DNA of 64,000 nt, from the NCBI RefSeq assembly GCF_009914755.1, contig NC_060927.1. One strand, written 5' to 3'. The notes beneath the pieces are model-generated. The model was given only the letters and a program-made list of their open reading frames with translations, was not told the DNA's origin and did no database searches. The position numbers and the translations under genes are program-made. Shown piece by piece: positions 60,670 through 64,000 of the stretch. Every line of letters begins with the position of its first letter. The first letter of the stretch is position 1. This DNA is from the human T2T-CHM13v2.0 reference genome, Homo sapiens.

Positions 60670-61475
60670 GAAGGTCATTTATTCATTCAGCAGATATTTA
60701 TTGAGCACTTCCTATATGTCAGGCACTGTTTTTAATGTGGACAACACAGCAATAAAATAGACAATACATCATACCCTGCATGGGTTTATATTTTAATGGA
60801 GAGAGGCGAAAAGTAAAGAAACTAAAATAGTAAAATGCATGGGAGAGAGGAGAAAAGTAAACAAACTAAAATAGTAAAGTGCATGGTATATTAGAAGAGG
60901 AAATTGCTACGGAGAATATAAAGCAAGAAGAGGAACATGGAGGGTAGAGAAAGTGACAGATGGTTGCAGCGTTAACCAAGATGGTAAGGAAAGGCCTGGG
61001 AAGGTTATACATTTGAACAAAGATCTGCAAGAAGTGAAGGAGCTATCCACGAGGATACATATGGGGCAAGAGTGTTGCAGACAAAGGAAAGAACTAATGC
61101 AAAGATCCTGAGGTGGGGATAAGCCCCACATGTGAGAGGAACACCATGGTTGCATCAGATTGAGTGAGGGGCAGAATAGGAGGAAGTGAGGTCAAAAGGG
61201 TGGGTGTAGAATTTGTAGGGCCTTGTAAGCCATTGTACAGATTTCTGCTTTTACCCTGAGGGTGGTTGGGGAACACGTGGGAAAATTTTCAGCAGTGATC
61301 AGACTCATGTTTTAATAGGATCCCTATGGATTCTGTAATAAATATAGAAAGTAGCGGGTAGGGGCAAGCAGTCATGAGATCATTCCAATAATTCAGATGA
61401 GAGACGGTCGTGGTTTGGACCACAGTAGAGACTGTGATGAAGGTGAATAGTGTTTGGATTCTGGGCATATATTTT
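60670..61475 (-). mobile_element. L2a 3' portion
   Basis: tcattcagcagatatttattgagcacttcctatatgtcaggcactgtt, tgcaaagatcctgaggtggg, gtagggccttgtaagccattg. Confidence 0.85.
60798..60885. repeat. 44-bp tandem duplication within L2
   Basis: ggagagagg(c/a)gaaaagtaaa(g/c)aaactaaaatagtaaa(a/g)tgcatg twice. Confidence 0.9.
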
Positions 61476-62525
61476 GGGTATGTCCATGTTCCTTTGCGAA
61501 TTATGTAGATTCTTATTTACTGAACTCAAGAAGAGACTACATGTGGAATAAAAATGCATTAATCAGAAAAATTAATTGACTGGCTTCTGCTTCTGGAAGG
61601 ATTGAGTAGAAGTACTTATCCCTATTCCCTCTGTTAAATACAAGTAAAACTCCGGACGTTATACATAAGAAAACTCTGGACATTATATGGAGAGAAGCAG
61701 CCAACCAGCTAGGGCCCTAGAGACTCAGAAAACAACAAAGCAGTGAGTTCCCCGGTTTCCCTTTCTGTATCATATATTCCTTACTGGGAACTGAAGAAGC
61801 CAGAGACCTGAAAATGCCAATGAGCACGGACAAAAAGGCCTTCTCTCTCTAAAAGGACCAGGATAGGGAAGCCTAGCAAGACAGAAAACTTTTAGCTATA
61901 ACCTCTCTATTCCATTCAAACAGCATGAAGAAAACTGTGGCCTCCCTCCCACCCATGCAGACAAACTCACTGTGGGAACTTACACTTCCTCACTCAATAA
62001 ACTGCAATGAGGCATTCCAAAATTCCCACCGGGGCAGTGTTAACAAAGTCCAAGTAGCGAGGCAGGATTTTCATCCCAAAACCACCCATCCTGATAACAA
62101 GGCCCCACCGTTTATCCCATGGTGGTATCTGCAGAGATCACTGGAGGACCCTGGACTTCTTACCCAGCTGTAATGAGGCACTCTTCCTCTCACCACATGG
62201 GGAAGAAGATGTCAGAAGAAACTTAGTGGAGAGTCACGACACTCAGTTTCACCAGCAGCAATGAGACCACCCCACGCTAGTGTCAGTGGAGACCCCATCA
62301 GCAGCAGAAACTCTCCCCCAATCTAGCAGTAACAAGGACTTCCCACCTGTCCTCAGGAGGCTGGGTAGGGAACCTAGACTTCTGCTTCCACCTAGCGGTA
62401 ACAAGGCAGTGCCCCTCTACACTTGTCAGAGCTCTTAGAAAAACCAGTTAAAATAGTCTAAATATGATTGAGTCTCCTTAACATAAGACAAAAATGTCCA
62501 GGTTTCAATTTTTAAAAATACTATC

Positions 62526-62836
<311 letters not shown>

Positions 62837-63375
62837 TCATAGTAATACTAAGAACCAGGATGATTTCAACTGAATGGCAAAAGACAATCAATGAATGCTA
62901 ACACCAAGAGAACCAAGATGCAACAATGATCTGAAAGAGATTTTAAAGCAGCCATAACAAAAATACATAGATGAGCAATTATGAACATGCTTGAGATGAA
63001 TGATGAACTAGAAAGCCTCAGCAAGGAAATAAAAGATATGAAGAAGAACCAAAGGGAAATTTTAGAACAACCACCAAAATGAACACCTCAGTGGATGGGC
63101 TCAAGAGCAGAATGGAGAGGACAGGAGAATCAGTGAACTGGGAGACTGAGCAATGAAAGTTACCCAGTGTGAACAAAAGAGAGGAAAGTAGACTGAACGA
63201 ATAAACAGAGCCTTGGAAATATGTGGGATTATAACAGATCTAATATGTATGTCATTGGTGTTTCCAAAAGAGAGGAGAAAAAGAATGGGACTGAAATGGT
63301 ATTCAAAGAAATCATAGCTAGAAATTCCCCAGATTCAGCAAGAGACATAAACCTGCACATTAAAAGAAACTGACT

Positions 63376-63942
<567 letters not shown>

Positions 63943-64000
63943 AAACCAAAATCTCTGAAAGATTTTTTTAAAGATATAAATAAATTTATTCTAAAATTTA

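Overview
AT-rich human (primate) genomic DNA containing the complete coding sequence of TRAT1 (TRIM, T-cell receptor associated transmembrane adaptor 1) on the + strand. I assembled it by hand from six exons (5163-5169, 12926-13036, 21163-21196, 29298-29359, 31396-31484, 35848-36105; 561 nt, 186 aa), all joined by GT-AG introns. Upstream lies a CpG-poor promoter with T-lineage transcription-factor motifs. Most of the rest is transposon-derived: 24 Alus, old L1/L2/MIR, LTRs (LTR33, MER54, THE1A, ERV1 solo LTRs), DNA transposons (Tigger3, Tigger4b, MER20, MER5, two MADE1) and microsatellites. I found no support for a new multi-gene biological system, and almost all ORFs in the supplied track are Alu/L1 or chance artefacts. 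The best second-look items are: (1) a tailless U6 snRNA retrocopy with TSDs in the TRAT1 3' UTR; (2) a ~3.7 kb fossil RTE-clade LINE in intron 2 that still shows collinear endonuclease and RT motifs; (3) the symmetric transmembrane exon bracketed by inverted Alus, whose skipping would give a soluble isoform carrying an NLS-like basic cluster; (4) two uORFs in exon 1; (5) an AluJ>AluS>AluY nest inserted twice at the same site. Repeat subfamily names come from remembered consensus sequences, not a database run, and boundaries of old repeats are approximate.
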